Shown: piece by piece, positions 13,459 to 26,174 of the stretch
How the letters are laid out: every line of letters begins with the position of its first letter
How positions within the stretch are numbered: the first letter of the stretch is position 1
Assembly (NCBI RefSeq): GCF_001194135.2
Contig: NC_068992.1
Location: forward strand, 16,111,575-16,170,577
Direction: 5' to 3'
Length of the DNA: 59,003 nt
Source: Octopus bimaculoides
Taxonomy: Eukaryota
Program-made: the position numbers and the translations under genes
Notes under the pieces: model-generated
Database searches by the model: none
The model's input: only the letters and a program-made list of their open reading frames with translations
What the model was told of the DNA's origin: nothing

Positions 13459-14557
13459 GCATAGGTGTATGGAGTACTGATGCTTTCCGAGTTCGAGAGT
13501 GTATCTGCAAATTTCTCTTTGACCAAGATGGAATATAAAGAGACTATAAACAGTGTCCTGTATAGTTACGAGCTGCCCTTTAGCAATGCGTAGCATCCTT
13601 TCAGTCACGCGCCTAGAGACATGGTGAGGTCACGGGGCTGCAGCATGGTGGATTGTGAAGAGGTAGTAGAAGATATCAATTGAGCCAATGGTGCTTCTTA
13701 CATTGATGCTGACTGGGGGGGTTACCAGAAGATAAACGGTCAGGATCACCAGGCTCTATCAAGTGAGTAACTGCAATGCATCCGTAGGGGTGGCATCCAT
13801 GGTTGTGCAATCAGCTAATGCCAGATTCACGATGACTCAAACTTCAAATTCAAAATCCTAATGGAATCGAATGGCGACAGAGAGTCATGGGAATCGCGGA
13901 AGCAGCGAAAAAAGAAATTTCATTTTTGCCGATAGTCATTATCTGGATGTTAGCCTACATAAGCATGAATTTAGGAACTGAATGCTGATGGCGATAATGT
14001 GGTGTTTGTAATAAGATTACTATTGTAAGCAGCTTTTATACGTACTACCAATAAAATATGTACTATATATCACAAATAAGAAATCAAACGCTATCAATGT
14101 ATATACAGATATTTAGTAGATCAGGCTATAGAACAATATCGAAAACAATTTAACGTTATATTAAGTTCAACTGACACAAAACACAGTAGTAATAAAATAC
14201 CGCATACAAAAGTATTATTTGAAACATATACGCCCTGGTTATATAAAATAATTGAAGACAGTATAAAACACCTCATCAAACAGAACACAGCAATAAACTG
14301 AATTATAAACTACAATTAATATAATATCGCACAGGAATTAAATATCTTCTCATCAAAAAAAAAAAAAAAAAGATATCATGAGACAGAAAGCTGCTACATA
14401 AACTTGATGCTAGGAATATAATTTGTAAATTAATATGCTATCACGAACGATGTGAAGCTAATGAAACTGTTGGGTTAAACATTTACAACAATGAACATAC
14501 GCACGTAATTACATACACGCGCATATAAATATGCATAGTTCTTTTGTTTGTGTGTGT

Positions 14558-14624
14558 ATATAGCCTCGGGGGCCCCAAAGCATTGTGAGTGGATTTAGTA
14601 GACGCAAACTGAAACAAGACCGTC

Positions 14625-14679
<55 letters not shown>

Positions 14680-14850
14680 TGCGTTTTTGTATTTGTCCTC
14701 CCACCAACCTATGTTGGTGTGTTTACGTCCCCGTAACTTTGGAAAGACACCGATAGAATATGTCGTGGTTTCAATTTGTTCGACTAAAAGGCGGTGCTCC
14801 CCAATGGCCGTAGTCAAATAAGTGAAACAAGTAAGCGAGTAAAAGAGAAT
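14558..14850 (+). mobile_element. SINE family A, 5'-truncated
   Basis: Colinear with ~35457-35790, including the internal (TA)n. Confidence 0.8.
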
Positions 14851-14951
14851 ATATATGTATATTGATAGATGGATAGATAGATAGATAGACAGACAGGCAG
14901 ACAGACAGACAGATGACTGCTTATATATGCATAGTTGGGCATTTATATTTG

Positions 14952-15011
<60 letters not shown>

Positions 15012-15080
15012 AAGACCCTTGATTCCAAAGTTAAAACAAACTACAAGTGGTCCTGCTATTACAAAGCAGAGTTATATTAA

Positions 15081-15118
<38 letters not shown>

Positions 15119-15364
15119 ATTATATAGCATTTATGTGTTGCGTGTGTTCCTCGTGCCACACCAATAAAGCACGTTCACTGTCCATGGCTACCTGGCGTTA
15201 TCCAGGGTGTTTATACAATTGTCTCTGTATCTACCTCTGGAAATCTAATTTTATAGTTTCTCCCCGCGATATACACACATACACATGCACATACACATGC
15301 ACATATATGTATCTATGCATATATATATGTATATATACATGCATATGTATAAGTGTGTGTTTGC

Positions 15365-15428
<64 letters not shown>

Positions 15429-16019
15429 CCAAATGGGCATAGGTAGACTCGGTTTCACCGACTGTTTCAAGCAATAATGCAAAAGCTGGGGGAAAAGAAT
15501 TGAACTGCCACAAACTTTCCATATAGTTAAATGTAACTGTAACTAAAAATCTTGTCTCTTTGAATATTTTCTCCCTACGAACAAAACCTACGCTGTAATG
15601 CATACCAATATCGAAGGAACGCCTTCGCATGGAAAATAGACATGGCCACACACGTACATACATAATTTGTATGCCGAGGCTTTTACATTCGGAAATAATC
15701 TCTAATATACAAACGATATCAAATACCATTTGCTCAAACATCTACAAACCTAAATATACGGTGACGTACGCATACACTCACATAACGATATACATATGTA
15801 AACACATAAAGGGGAATCATTTATATGTGTTTTTTTCTGAATGTTGCTCTCCTAACGAAAGTCACTAATGGAAGAAAGTCGTAGGAACTTAAGCTTCCAT
15901 TCATTAGTAGACATGGCCATTAAAGTTTTTTACAATCGGTCATTAGCAAAGGTATCAAAATATACAAATATATACAGGAGCATAGACGCGTATACACACA
16001 CACACACACACACACAGAC

Positions 16020-16084
<65 letters not shown>

Positions 16085-16154
16085 GTATATATAAATGTAT
16101 ATGTATGTATATAACCGGAGGAACATCAAAATTCTAAGCAGATAAATCTATACA

Positions 16155-16264
16155 TATTCTTTTCTACTCCAGGCTCAAGGGCCGAAATTTTGGGGGAGGG
16201 AACCAGTCGATTAGATCGACCCCAGTACGCAACTGGTACTTAATTTACCGACCAAAAAAAGATG
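16155..16264 (-). mobile_element. SINE family B, 3' part (tail type 1)
   Basis: TTTCTACTCCAGGCTCAAGGGCCGAAATTTTGGGGGAGGG..CCAGTCGATTAGATCGACCCCAGTACGCAACTGGTAC; nearly identical to the 40045 and 42207 copies. Confidence 0.8.
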
Positions 16265-16287
16265 TATATGTGGGCATGTATACGTAA

Positions 16288-16480
16288 AGGATCCTATCAG
16301 CTTTCAACGGAGTCTAGACAGATATTTTCAAGGAATACCAGACAAGCCACCCATACCTGGATACAACTCACTCAATAAGAACTCACTACTGGAATGGACC
16401 ATAAACAATCTTAACTGTAAGAAGGATTTAGAGAATCCTGTCAGGTGATGCTATTAAGTTAGACATGGCCTGGACAATCT
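16288..16480 (+). mobile_element. CR1/L2-group LINE 3' end
   Basis: DPISFQRSLDRYFQGIPDKPPIPGYNSLNKNSLLEW, the ORF2 terminal motif FK..LD..L..IPD.P..PGY....NSL, followed by a 31-nt motif shared with the copy at 26.9 kb. Confidence 0.75.
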
Positions 16481-17897
16481 ATATTGCATGAAAAAATATT
16501 ACTATTATAATCGTTTTCTGAATCATTTTAACTAGCACTAGATTCACACAAACCAGCACTTGTAGACGCCGATTCGTAAGCACTCGTAGATTGTAGATTT
16601 CTTTTTAAAAAATAAGCCTAGAGTTGTTTGCTTAGAAGAAGCTTTTTATTTTCGCACTTTATACATTTCTCGGTAAAATTTGGATATTGTGCATGAAAAG
16701 CAAAACACGTAAACCGAGGGTGACGTAAAGCGGGTTCTCGTAAAGAGAGGTATTAGTGTGTGTGCGCGAGCGTGTGTACATACCCGAGCGCATGTGCATC
16801 AATCCCGAATAGATGAGAAATTCGCGTCACAATCTCGAAGATGTGAGATCTTTTCCACTCTGCGACATCTTGGGCACGTGTCATTCCCAGTGGTGATGGT
16901 TGAGGAGGGAGTGTCGTGCTTGCGAGAGAAATTTTATACATTTCTTCTCAGTGAATCGAATCTGTGACCTAAAGGTTGAAGCTTCTCACACAAATCTGTG
17001 TAGCTCCGTCCGACTCTGCCTGAGAATTACGTGGAGGGTACATATAGCCATTGGGAAGGCGCGTGGTTTCGATATCAGGACGGAAAGTGAGGGTCGTTGA
17101 GCATCTAAGCCAAATCGTTTCCCGTTACTCCTGTCTACTCCACATGAAGTGAGTGACACTGTGAATGACTCGCGTCCCATGCAACGATTGTGTGATCTCA
17201 ATTATATATACGCCAAGTCCTTAGTCTCTAGACCGTTATGTTCAGTTGATTCATCTTACTCTTTTATACATTCATATGACATTCTTAGTCACATAGAAGC
17301 TAATTCAATGGGGAAATAGTTCAGCTATCGAGCAAATGAATTATCGTGCGATGGAAGCGACAAAATAAACTTATCGGCTTCCCCTAGACGGATAGCAATA
17401 ATGTAGAATGAATTCAGTTGGAATTGAGTCAGAACAATGTCGTTGTGCAGCCAAACAATGACCTCGTTTGTAACTAAATGACCTTCAGTGGAATCAGTGT
17501 GTCTGATCCTACACCCGAATCATATAATTTAAGTCGCGTTTAATTCACTATTTATATGAGGGCTCAATATGATATGAACCATTATTTTATATTTATATCT
17601 GTCTATTATTATTTTATATTTGCATCTGTCGATTATATTTTTTTGATGACGATTGGATATGATATATGGCAGAGACATATATGATTGTCTGTAATCTGAA
17701 AAGAAGTCAGTTTCGAAGCATTAATATTTGAATAATAATAATAATAATAAAAAAAAAAGGGAAAAGTTTCTCTGGATACATTTATTAAATGCTAAAGAAA
17801 CATTTTCAATAACATTTCATTTCCTCAAAAGATAAGACAGATGGTAATTTCCGCTTCAATATATTATTATTTATTAGATTTATTAGTTTACTTAAAG

Positions 17898-17967
<70 letters not shown>

Positions 17968-18050
17968 GGTCTAACTTGTTGTCTCTTGAGGTCTCTGGGT
18001 GAGACTTGGATCCAACTTGTACATATGCAAAGCAAAAGTCAAACATAAAA
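17968..18050 (+). mobile_element. Probable LINE 3' UTR stub inserted in (TAA)n
   Basis: 83 bp of unique sequence with (AAT)n on both sides; resembles RLE-LINE 3' UTRs by recall only. Confidence 0.4.
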
Positions 18051-19189
18051 TATTAATAATAATGATAATGATGATAATGATGATGTTGATGATAATTACA
18101 GCAACCACAATCGTCAACTGGTTCGTCAACATACATTCATACATACGTGTGCGTTTTTGTTTGATGTGTATGATGGACTTGTGTTTTACTTCCATGAAAT
18201 AAATTCTATTCTCAAATCATTGGTCAGTACGACGCTTTATTACATATACCTGACGTCATGCCCTGAGATATTTTTTTATGATACGAAGTCCTTATCACAT
18301 ATCTATGTCTGTCTTGCTGTAGTTTCGTAGTGTCATGCCACTATTTAATTAATGACAACGTTATTGGTATTCTTGTCTTGGAACTGAAAGCCAGTTCCAG
18401 TGAGATTTTGAACAAACAATGTAGATAATTAGTTAATGATAATTAAGAACACCATTATATTTCCTTCATTATAACTTATATAATAATAATAATTTATAAC
18501 AGAGACACTAGTTCATATTTGTGAAGGATGGAACTGTCAAAAATTGTCATGCACGGCGTTATATTTTAACGTCTATCCGTATCCGAATGTAATTTTCATA
18601 CCAACTGTATTTTAATTCCAAACTAAACGAATATAACTCAATACAACCCCCTGTATATGGTATAATTATGTTAATATTTTCTAACATCAACATCATTAGT
18701 AAATTATTCTAATATTAATGTTAGTATCAAGCACTTGAGAATATTACTAAATTATGGAACATTGTCAATGGTTCACGATATTAAGGATGATAAAACTGCA
18801 ATACTGTCTTTCGACTTGATTCAAGAATATTTTAATTCGAAATTGAATTACCTTGAATAATTTTTGGATTCTTTATTATGAGAAAGGTCAACAAATATCA
18901 TTGCCTTGAATACCAAATCCACAAAGCATTGAATCGCCAGTTTTCTTCATGAATATAAATTGCATTCGTGGGAAAACAAATATGAGTTTTAAGAGACAAA
19001 TGATTCTTTTCTTTTTTATTTTGGAACTGAATCCCTTTCATTAATTCTAAAATACAAGCTGTTGCCAAAAGGACTAGCAAGATATATTGGAGGACATAAC
19101 TTTTATCATTTACATATTTCGGTTATTAGACTGCCGTCATGTTAGGGCACCGCATTTAAGGTGTTTTTATTTATTTATTTATTGAGTAG

Positions 19190-19410
19190 ATCAGCGAGCT
19201 GGTAGAGGCGTTGACCCGTTGGAAAAAATGCTTTGTGGTATTTCGTCCGTCTTTATGTTCTGAGTTCAAATTTCGCCGAGGTTGACTTTGCATTTCAGCC
19301 TTTCTGGTTGATAAAATAAAAACTAGTTATATATCAATGGGGTCGAGGTCATCAACTCACACACGTCACTCGAGATTACTGACCTTGTGCAAAAATTCGA
19401 AACGAATATG
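19190..19410 (+). mobile_element. SINE family B, full length
   Basis: A-box-like GCTGGTAGAGGCGTT, B box GAGTTCAAATTTC, core GGGGTCGA, tail GACCTTGTGCAAAAATTCGAAAC. Confidence 0.75.
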
Positions 19411-20524
19411 TTGGAGCAGGAAACATATGTCTTTATATATTTAGTTTTTATAAATTTTATAGTTTTGAGTTGAATCCCATCGTGCAACACCTTCGAAAAG
19501 TGCTTTCTGCTAAAGTTATGTGCCGGCCAACTCCATATGAGTGAATTTGACAGAAGGACACATACACACACACACGCACATACACACACACACACACACA
19601 CACAGACACACACACAAGCACACACACAGACACACACACGTTGAATAAAGTAAGGTAACAAGGCCATGTGATATTTCTAGGACATTTGTAAAGCGAAAGG
19701 TGGTCTTACAGCTATTTCAGGGAATTAAAAATGATATCCCATCAATTGAGACGAGTTAAGAGAGGTTCAATACAAGGAATTAGTAGAGTTCATTATATAT
19801 ATACCATACAATATTGACGATCGCTTCTCTTGTGTCAACATATTTACTTGTATACAGAAAATATCAGTCAAAATGATTATATCAGAACACGTATGTTAGC
19901 ACGACGTTATGAAGGCAATCCAAAATTGGTTAAAGTCAAAGTGGACTAAGAAAATATCTCTAGCAGACGAACCTATACAAAAAGAGCGTTAAGAAGAAAC
20001 ACAATATAGTTAGAAAAGCCAGTTCTGCATTTAACTTTTGATGACATCAATAGATAACGAAAGAATTAAAATAAACATATGGATTCTACATTACGACTAT
20101 TAGAAACAGAAATTCTATAGATAGAACAAGTAATATCATAAATGAATAGGATTCAGCAGCCTATTCGTACCCGCATGTTATCGTGTGTTAGCGGCATGTT
20201 AGCGGTTTTGATAGCATAGCTGGATGACGTTCACTTTTTCATCGTTTTATACCCCGTTGCATTTTTAGCATTCTCTCTATACGGAGTAGCTTACAGAATC
20301 AAATAGACATATTACATAAAAATACCAATTTGTATATCAGTCCACTCGTGAAGCTTAATTTCAGTTGTCTTGGTAACCCTCACAATCGTTTTATCAATCA
20401 TTAAAAGATGCCCGTCACACTGGAAAATATTTATTTACCTTCACCCCATAAATGTATGTATGCATATGTATATGATCATACGTATATAGGTACGCATGTG
20501 CTTGTGAGTGTGAATTCGTGTCCA

Positions 20525-20710
20525 TCCAACCAGCGTAGGCTTGTTTATACTCCCGTAACGTAGATGTTCGGTAAAAGAGGACGACAGAATAGCAACGAAA
20601 CTTCAACATATAATCAATACTGGGGTCGATTTTTTTTATTCCAGACCCTTCATGTCGATGCCCCACCATGGCTGCAGTCCAATGACTCAAAGAAGTCGAT
20701 GATAAAATAT
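20525..20710 (+). mobile_element. SINE family A, 3' half, diverged
   Basis: CCCGTAAC...TTCGGTAAAAGAG...TGGGGTCGATT...CATGGCTGCAGTCCAATGACT matches the family A 3' half. Confidence 0.6.
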
Positions 20711-21749
20711 AAACCAGTTCGAAAATTCCATCTTGGCACCGCTCAACTACATTGTATATTATAGTTGTCTTCCTAAGAAAATATAAGAAACCTAACAGAT
20801 TTATTGCAAAACCATAGCAACCTGTATATAGATATGAGCAGTAGTTGAACGATGCGAAATTTTACCTTCGGGAGAGTTAAACTGTCATCTTATAATTATT
20901 ATCCACTAATCTGAATCCATATCGTATACAAGTTCACGCACAGATTCTTATAATCGCTTTATACACTCGCGAGGTATTGTTAGAGTTGTTTTATATTCTT
21001 TCCTGTTATTTATCGTACGGAATAATATTCTGTTTTGCAGGAGAGACGCCGTTGAAATACTTAGATTTCTTTCGAATTTACTGATAGAGATATTTGATAT
21101 GCTGCAGTGGTTGGAGGAAGAGAATAAACGGAGGGGTGCCAAGTAGAAAAGAGGCGGAAGTGGACGATGACGATGGCGACGACGATGAGAAAGAGGAATA
21201 GAGAGAGAACGGGATTGTCGAAGCTTCGGGGGTCTGGAAGAAGTAGAATGATGGCGTGGATGAGAAAAATGAAGAAAAGAAGAAAGAGAAGATAGAAAAC
21301 GAGAAATAAAAAATGTGAAATGATGAACAAGAGGAGAATGGAGAAAGTAGTTGCTGGCAGAGGAGAAGTAGAAGAAGGTAAAGAAGAAAGAGGGAGTGAA
21401 GAATGCGGACGTCCAAAATGAAGGATGATACACAAAGGTAATCACATTTTAAAATGATTGAAATGAAGTTCTAATTTTGAACCAGAAGAGACGGCCGCAA
21501 CCCTACACGGGATGTACCCTGATTTTGTAAGACGCCACGGTTACTACAGCCTGTGTCTTCGTTTATTTCTATATTATTTTCTTTTCCCTTTCTTTTCCAT
21601 TTTTCTCGGTTTCTCGTTTCAGTCATTGAAGTGTTTCAACGAACAATGCCACACAAGTATTGTTTTTTTAGATCTGGCATTTAATACACCGTTCTCTTTT
21701 TGCCGAACCGCTAAGGCACGGGGACATTAACAAACCAATAAGTAAAAGT

Positions 21750-21953
21750 GAAAGCGTTAGCACAGCGGGCAAATTGATTAGCGCTATTTCGTCCGTCTTT
21801 ACGTTCTGAGTTCAAATTCCACTGAGGTCGACTTTGCCTTTCATCCTTTCATCCTTTCTCGGTCGATAAAATAAGAACCAGTTAAACGCTAGGATCGATG
21901 TAATCGATTTACCACCACCCCCAGGATTGCTGGCCTTGTGCCAAAATTTGAGA
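21750..21953 (+). mobile_element. SINE family B
   Basis: TTTCGTCCGTCTTTACGTTCTGAGTTCAAATTCCACTGAGGTCGACTTTGCCTTTCATCC...GGCCTTGTGCCAAAATTTGA. Confidence 0.85.
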
Positions 21954-22049
21954 TCCATAGAAATTAAGGTGACCACCGCTTGGATTGAACTTAGATCGAT
22001 TAGAGAAAGAAGTATACGCTGTAACGGCGTTTATTTATCAGTTTTTCAT

Positions 22050-22200
22050 CGACTCCAGGACTGGTATTCATTTTACCGACCCTAACAGATGAAAGTCAAA
22101 TGCGGCCCCGGCGGAATTTGAACTTAGAAAGTAAAGGCTGACGAGATGCCGCTAAGCATTTCGATCAGCGTGTTAACGGTTCTACCAGCTTGCTACCTTA
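22050..22200 (-). mobile_element. SINE family B, lacking tail
   Basis: CTGGTATTCATTTTACCGAC...GGCGGAATTTGAACTTAGAA...GCTAAGCATTTC...TTCTACCAGCT. Confidence 0.75.
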
Positions 22201-22221
22201 AATTTACACCTAAGATAGAAT

Positions 22222-22420
22222 TCAAATTTTGGCACCGGGTCAGCAATTTCGTGGGAAGGATAAGTTGATTAAATCGACCCCATTGCTGAATTGTTACTCG
22301 CTTCATCGGTCTCGACAAGATGAAAGGCAAAGTCGACCTCGACGGAATTTGAACTCAGAACGTAGAGACGAACGAAATACCGCTAAGCATTTTGCCCGGA
22401 TCGGTAACGGTTCTGCCAAC
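22222..22420 (-). mobile_element. SINE family B, full length
   Basis: TCAAATTTTGGCAC...ATGAAAGGCAAAGTCGACCTCGACGGAATTTGAACTCAGAACG...TTCTGCCAACTC. Confidence 0.85.
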
Positions 22421-23362
22421 TCTCTGCCTTATTTATATCTAAGTCTGATTAAGTTATTCGACTCATTATTCAGTGATATTTTGATTGGATGTTACTCAGC
22501 TGCGACGACAATAGCAACAACAACTGCAACAGCAGCAGGAGCAGCAGCAGCTGCAGAAGTAAGAACAATAATAACGACAACAACATCAGCAACATAAAAA
22601 TGTGACTGAATTATCGAACGTATATTATTTATATACCCACACTAACTAAAATCCGTGAATATGCTGAAATGAGTTCTAGAGTTAAGTTCTACACTAAAGA
22701 ATTAGAAAGACAGAGGAAAGAAAAAGTCAAAAGAAAAAAAAAACAGAAATAAAATAAAAAATCCCCCATTAATGACAGAAGTGTCTCCAACATTTGAATC
22801 TGCGCAAATCTTTTCATGAGATACCTTAATTTGGTGTAATTGTGAAATTGCCGTGTGTATAATCTCATTACCTTCCAATAGACATCTCATTAAAATTTCA
22901 TTTTGAAATAGCAACACTTGACCTTTAACCATTTTTTTCTTATCACATTGACACCGAAAATCCGCATCACATCATCAGCGAAGCTACTGTCTATATTCCT
23001 CAATATATCTCCATCCATATTTACAATCTAATCGATATTCACAAGACGTATAATAATTTTCATCATACGGTATATATTTATATATATATATGTATATGTA
23101 TGTCACACTCAGCGACACACACGCATATATACATATATATATATTACTTTTACTGCAATAAAAAAATAAAAAATAAAAGAAAATGATTAAAAAATTACTA
23201 CGGCATTAATATTCATTTAACAAGAAAATGAAAGAATTAATTAATTAAGATATTTAAGCTTATGATGAAGAAAAGGAAATCAAACTGGAATGTCACATAT
23301 ACATATTGGCATACTTGGGGAGTGTCACCTTTGGCCAATTAAACAGTTTATTATTATTATTA

Positions 23363-23394
<32 letters not shown>

Positions 23395-23397
<3 letters not shown>

Positions 23398-23548
23398 TAG
23401 TTTTATTTTTATAACGTGCTTTCACTTCACTACCGAGCGCAGCTCTGTGTGCCTTGGGTATGTGCTGTGGTTTGCTGTGATGCTCTTATGGTTGCTGTAT
23501 TGAAAGTGTTTTGCGTAAGATGTGTGCAGTGCGCCCAGTAGTGCAATT
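23395..23548 (-). mobile_element. RLE-type (R4/Dong-like) LINE 3' end, 5'-truncated, in (TAA)n
   Basis: Minus strand: IQKIALLG/AHILRKTLSIQ, then 3' UTR, with (TAA)n on both sides. Confidence 0.7.
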
Positions 23549-23555
23549 TTCTGTA

Positions 23556-23600
<45 letters not shown>

Positions 23601-23601
23601 G

Positions 23602-23672
<71 letters not shown>

Positions 23673-23690
23673 CATCATCATCTCTTTATC
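23548..23690. repeat. (TTA)n microsatellite between two LINE 3' ends
   Basis: Direct reading. Confidence 0.95.
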
Positions 23691-23865
23691 ACAAGTTTTG
23701 TTGGAGCCCCTGGAGTCTTGCATGCGTAGCGGGCTTACTACCTGCAGTCTACGGTAGTATGCTATTCGTTCTTTTCAACTATCTAATACTTTCCTGATTA
23801 TCCTGGCCCTGCCAAGGAGGAAAACCTTTTGAAAACCTTCTACTGGGCACTATATTCCAATTCCC
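23690..23865 (-). mobile_element. Second, different RLE-type LINE 3' end
   Basis: Minus strand: GIGI*CPVEGFQKVFLLGRARIIRKVLDS* (QK..LLGTA.I.RKVL motif), then 3' UTR and a (TGA/TAA)n tail at 23548-23690. Confidence 0.65.
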
Positions 23866-23869
23866 TTTT

Positions 23870-24050
23870 TCTATTATTATGCGTATACCCTTTTATTTTC
23901 TCACCTATACTACGCGCTTTCTCTCCAACGTACGTCTCTGTCCTGTTTCTGTATCGTCCCTCTGTGTACATTATACGGTAGACTACATTCCTAGTTATAC
24001 AGTTTAGCTGTGGGCTTATTCTGAAAACAGTTCCCATATTATAGGGCGTT
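23870..24050 (-). mobile_element. Penelope-like GIY-YIG endonuclease fragment
   Basis: ORF 23840-24037: FRISPQLNCITRNVVYRIMYTE...YVGEKARSIGEKIKGY, matching the C-T-NVVY-I-C...YVGET-R-L--R--EH pattern. Confidence 0.7.
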
Positions 24051-25671
24051 CTTTCAAATGGGTATATTCTAGAAATCAGGGGTTTGATGGGGGTTTCATT
24101 GAAATCTACGCCATCATAGTTGGAAAGCTCTAAACGTATTGACCATTATCCTGAAACATAGTGCTTAATTCTACGGAAACATGAATGTCTGTGGTTTGTA
24201 GAATTAAGAATATATAATGATACATAGGGTTATACTTAATATCCATTATTATTGCTTGATGAACACTCTTAGTTTATTTTGCTGGGTATAGTGGAACGTG
24301 TCAGCTGTTCACAGCCAACAAAGTACAATGACACTTGTTTACTGGTCTTGGTTCAAGAATACTTGTAGTTCCAGTTATTATTATTATTAGTTATTTAAGT
24401 TTTATTTTAAGAAGCTCAGATAGGAAATTAGCTTGCTGTTGCAAATCCAATTTTAAAGTGAAAGCGCTTATTGCAATAGAATACAAAATAAGTGAAACTG
24501 TTCAGCAATTAGAAAATAAATTTCATTTATTTTTCTCTTATTATTTAAAAATTTCTGTTCAGCGCTATTGACAGTGAAGTTATTAAACACACACACACAC
24601 ACACATTCTTATGTACATACATGCACATATATGCGTATGTAGATATAAACATACGCACATACACATATATATACGTATATATTCATGTATCATGTATGTA
24701 TATACGTATATATTCATATATANNNNNNNNNNNNNNNNNNNNNNNNNNNNNNNNNNNNNNNNNNNNNNNNNNNNNNNNNNNNNNNNNNNNNNNNNATATA
24801 TATATACGGGTGTAAAATGGATCAGCTGAAAGCCTTTTACTCAAATTCATTTTATAAACTTAATCTGTGTCCTTATTATATAGACATTTCTCAGTAGAAA
24901 TGATTATCGTATTAACATTGGTAGTGTTCATTTATAACATCATAAATTTCACGTCTGCTCATTTCAACGAAATAGGTATATAATTTGAAAAGTTAGAAAT
25001 TGTACCAGTTACTATAATTCTTTCTAATTATACTTTAAACCTTGTCTCATATCATAAAAGTAAGCGCTGTGTCTTTTGGTTCAGAAAATTTCAGACATGA
25101 AGACGTTTAATTCACTATTAACACCAGACAACGACAGAACAGCAACAAACCTAAATGAAATGTATTTTATGTAAACGAATTAAAGAAACGAATTTCGCTG
25201 TGTTTAGCAGCTAACAGCTATAAAATATATAGCTTTTAGATTGATCATACTTATTTTATGGTATTGTTATAAATCAATCATGTTGAATTGTTATCTTTTT
25301 CCAGTCATTTTATTAACGCTCAAAATACTTTTAATGATAAATTATTTTTTGCTTCCTTAGGGGGATGTGTACAATGTACACTGTCCAGCACTCCGAAATC
25401 TATTATTCGGAACATTTCAATATATGTTTTACGGAACATCAAGTGATAGGCGCAGTGCTAAAATGATCATATATTGTTTATTTACACGTAGCTAGAAAAG
25501 TTTTGCTTTCTTTGTCCTGTTGCCAGTAGAACTCCCTAACGAGAAATCAAGTATGCACATTCGAATCATTTAAAATGTAATACATTTTAGAGCACTGACA
25601 GCATATCCTAGAAAACTGAAATCCAGAATACTTTGACAGGTCTCACACACGCTTTATTATATATATATATT

Positions 25672-25704
<33 letters not shown>

Positions 25705-25864
25705 ATATGAAAATACAATAGGGACAAGCCACATGTAATATATCCACACAGATGCATGCATATATAATGACATAAATATAATGATATCATATATATAATA
25801 ATGTTATGTGTATATATATATANNNNNNNNNNNNNNNNNNNNNNNNNNATATATATACGAAATT

Positions 25865-25869
25865 GAGAA

Positions 25870-25900
<31 letters not shown>

Positions 25901-26170
25901 CTGTCTGTCTGTGTGAATCCCTAAAACTCCAGAACTACGCAACCAATTTCATTGAAATTTTACACATGCCTTACTTAGGATCCCGGTTGTGTTTTAGTCA
26001 AACAATTTTTAACTTCTTGCATACTTCCAGCCCAAAGCAACATCATATCTCCTCCACTATTTAAGTATTACGTGTCAAAAGTGAAACAAAAACACTCATG
26101 TCATTCGAACCGGATTCTCAAAAACATTATTATTAAAAGCACTCAGAGAGCGCAGACTTCCACCAAACCA
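25865..26170. mobile_element. Possible Helentron-associated non-autonomous element (HINE/DINE-like)
   Basis: (GT)n-(GTCT)n followed by AAAACTCCAGAACTACGCAACCAATTTCATTGAAATTTTACAC, the layout seen in DINE-1/HINE-like elements. No coding sequence. Confidence 0.35.
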
Positions 26171-26174
26171 GCAG

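Noticed and set aside
18251-18258. Isolated CRE TGACGTCA
   Set aside because: A single 8-mer with no supporting motifs.
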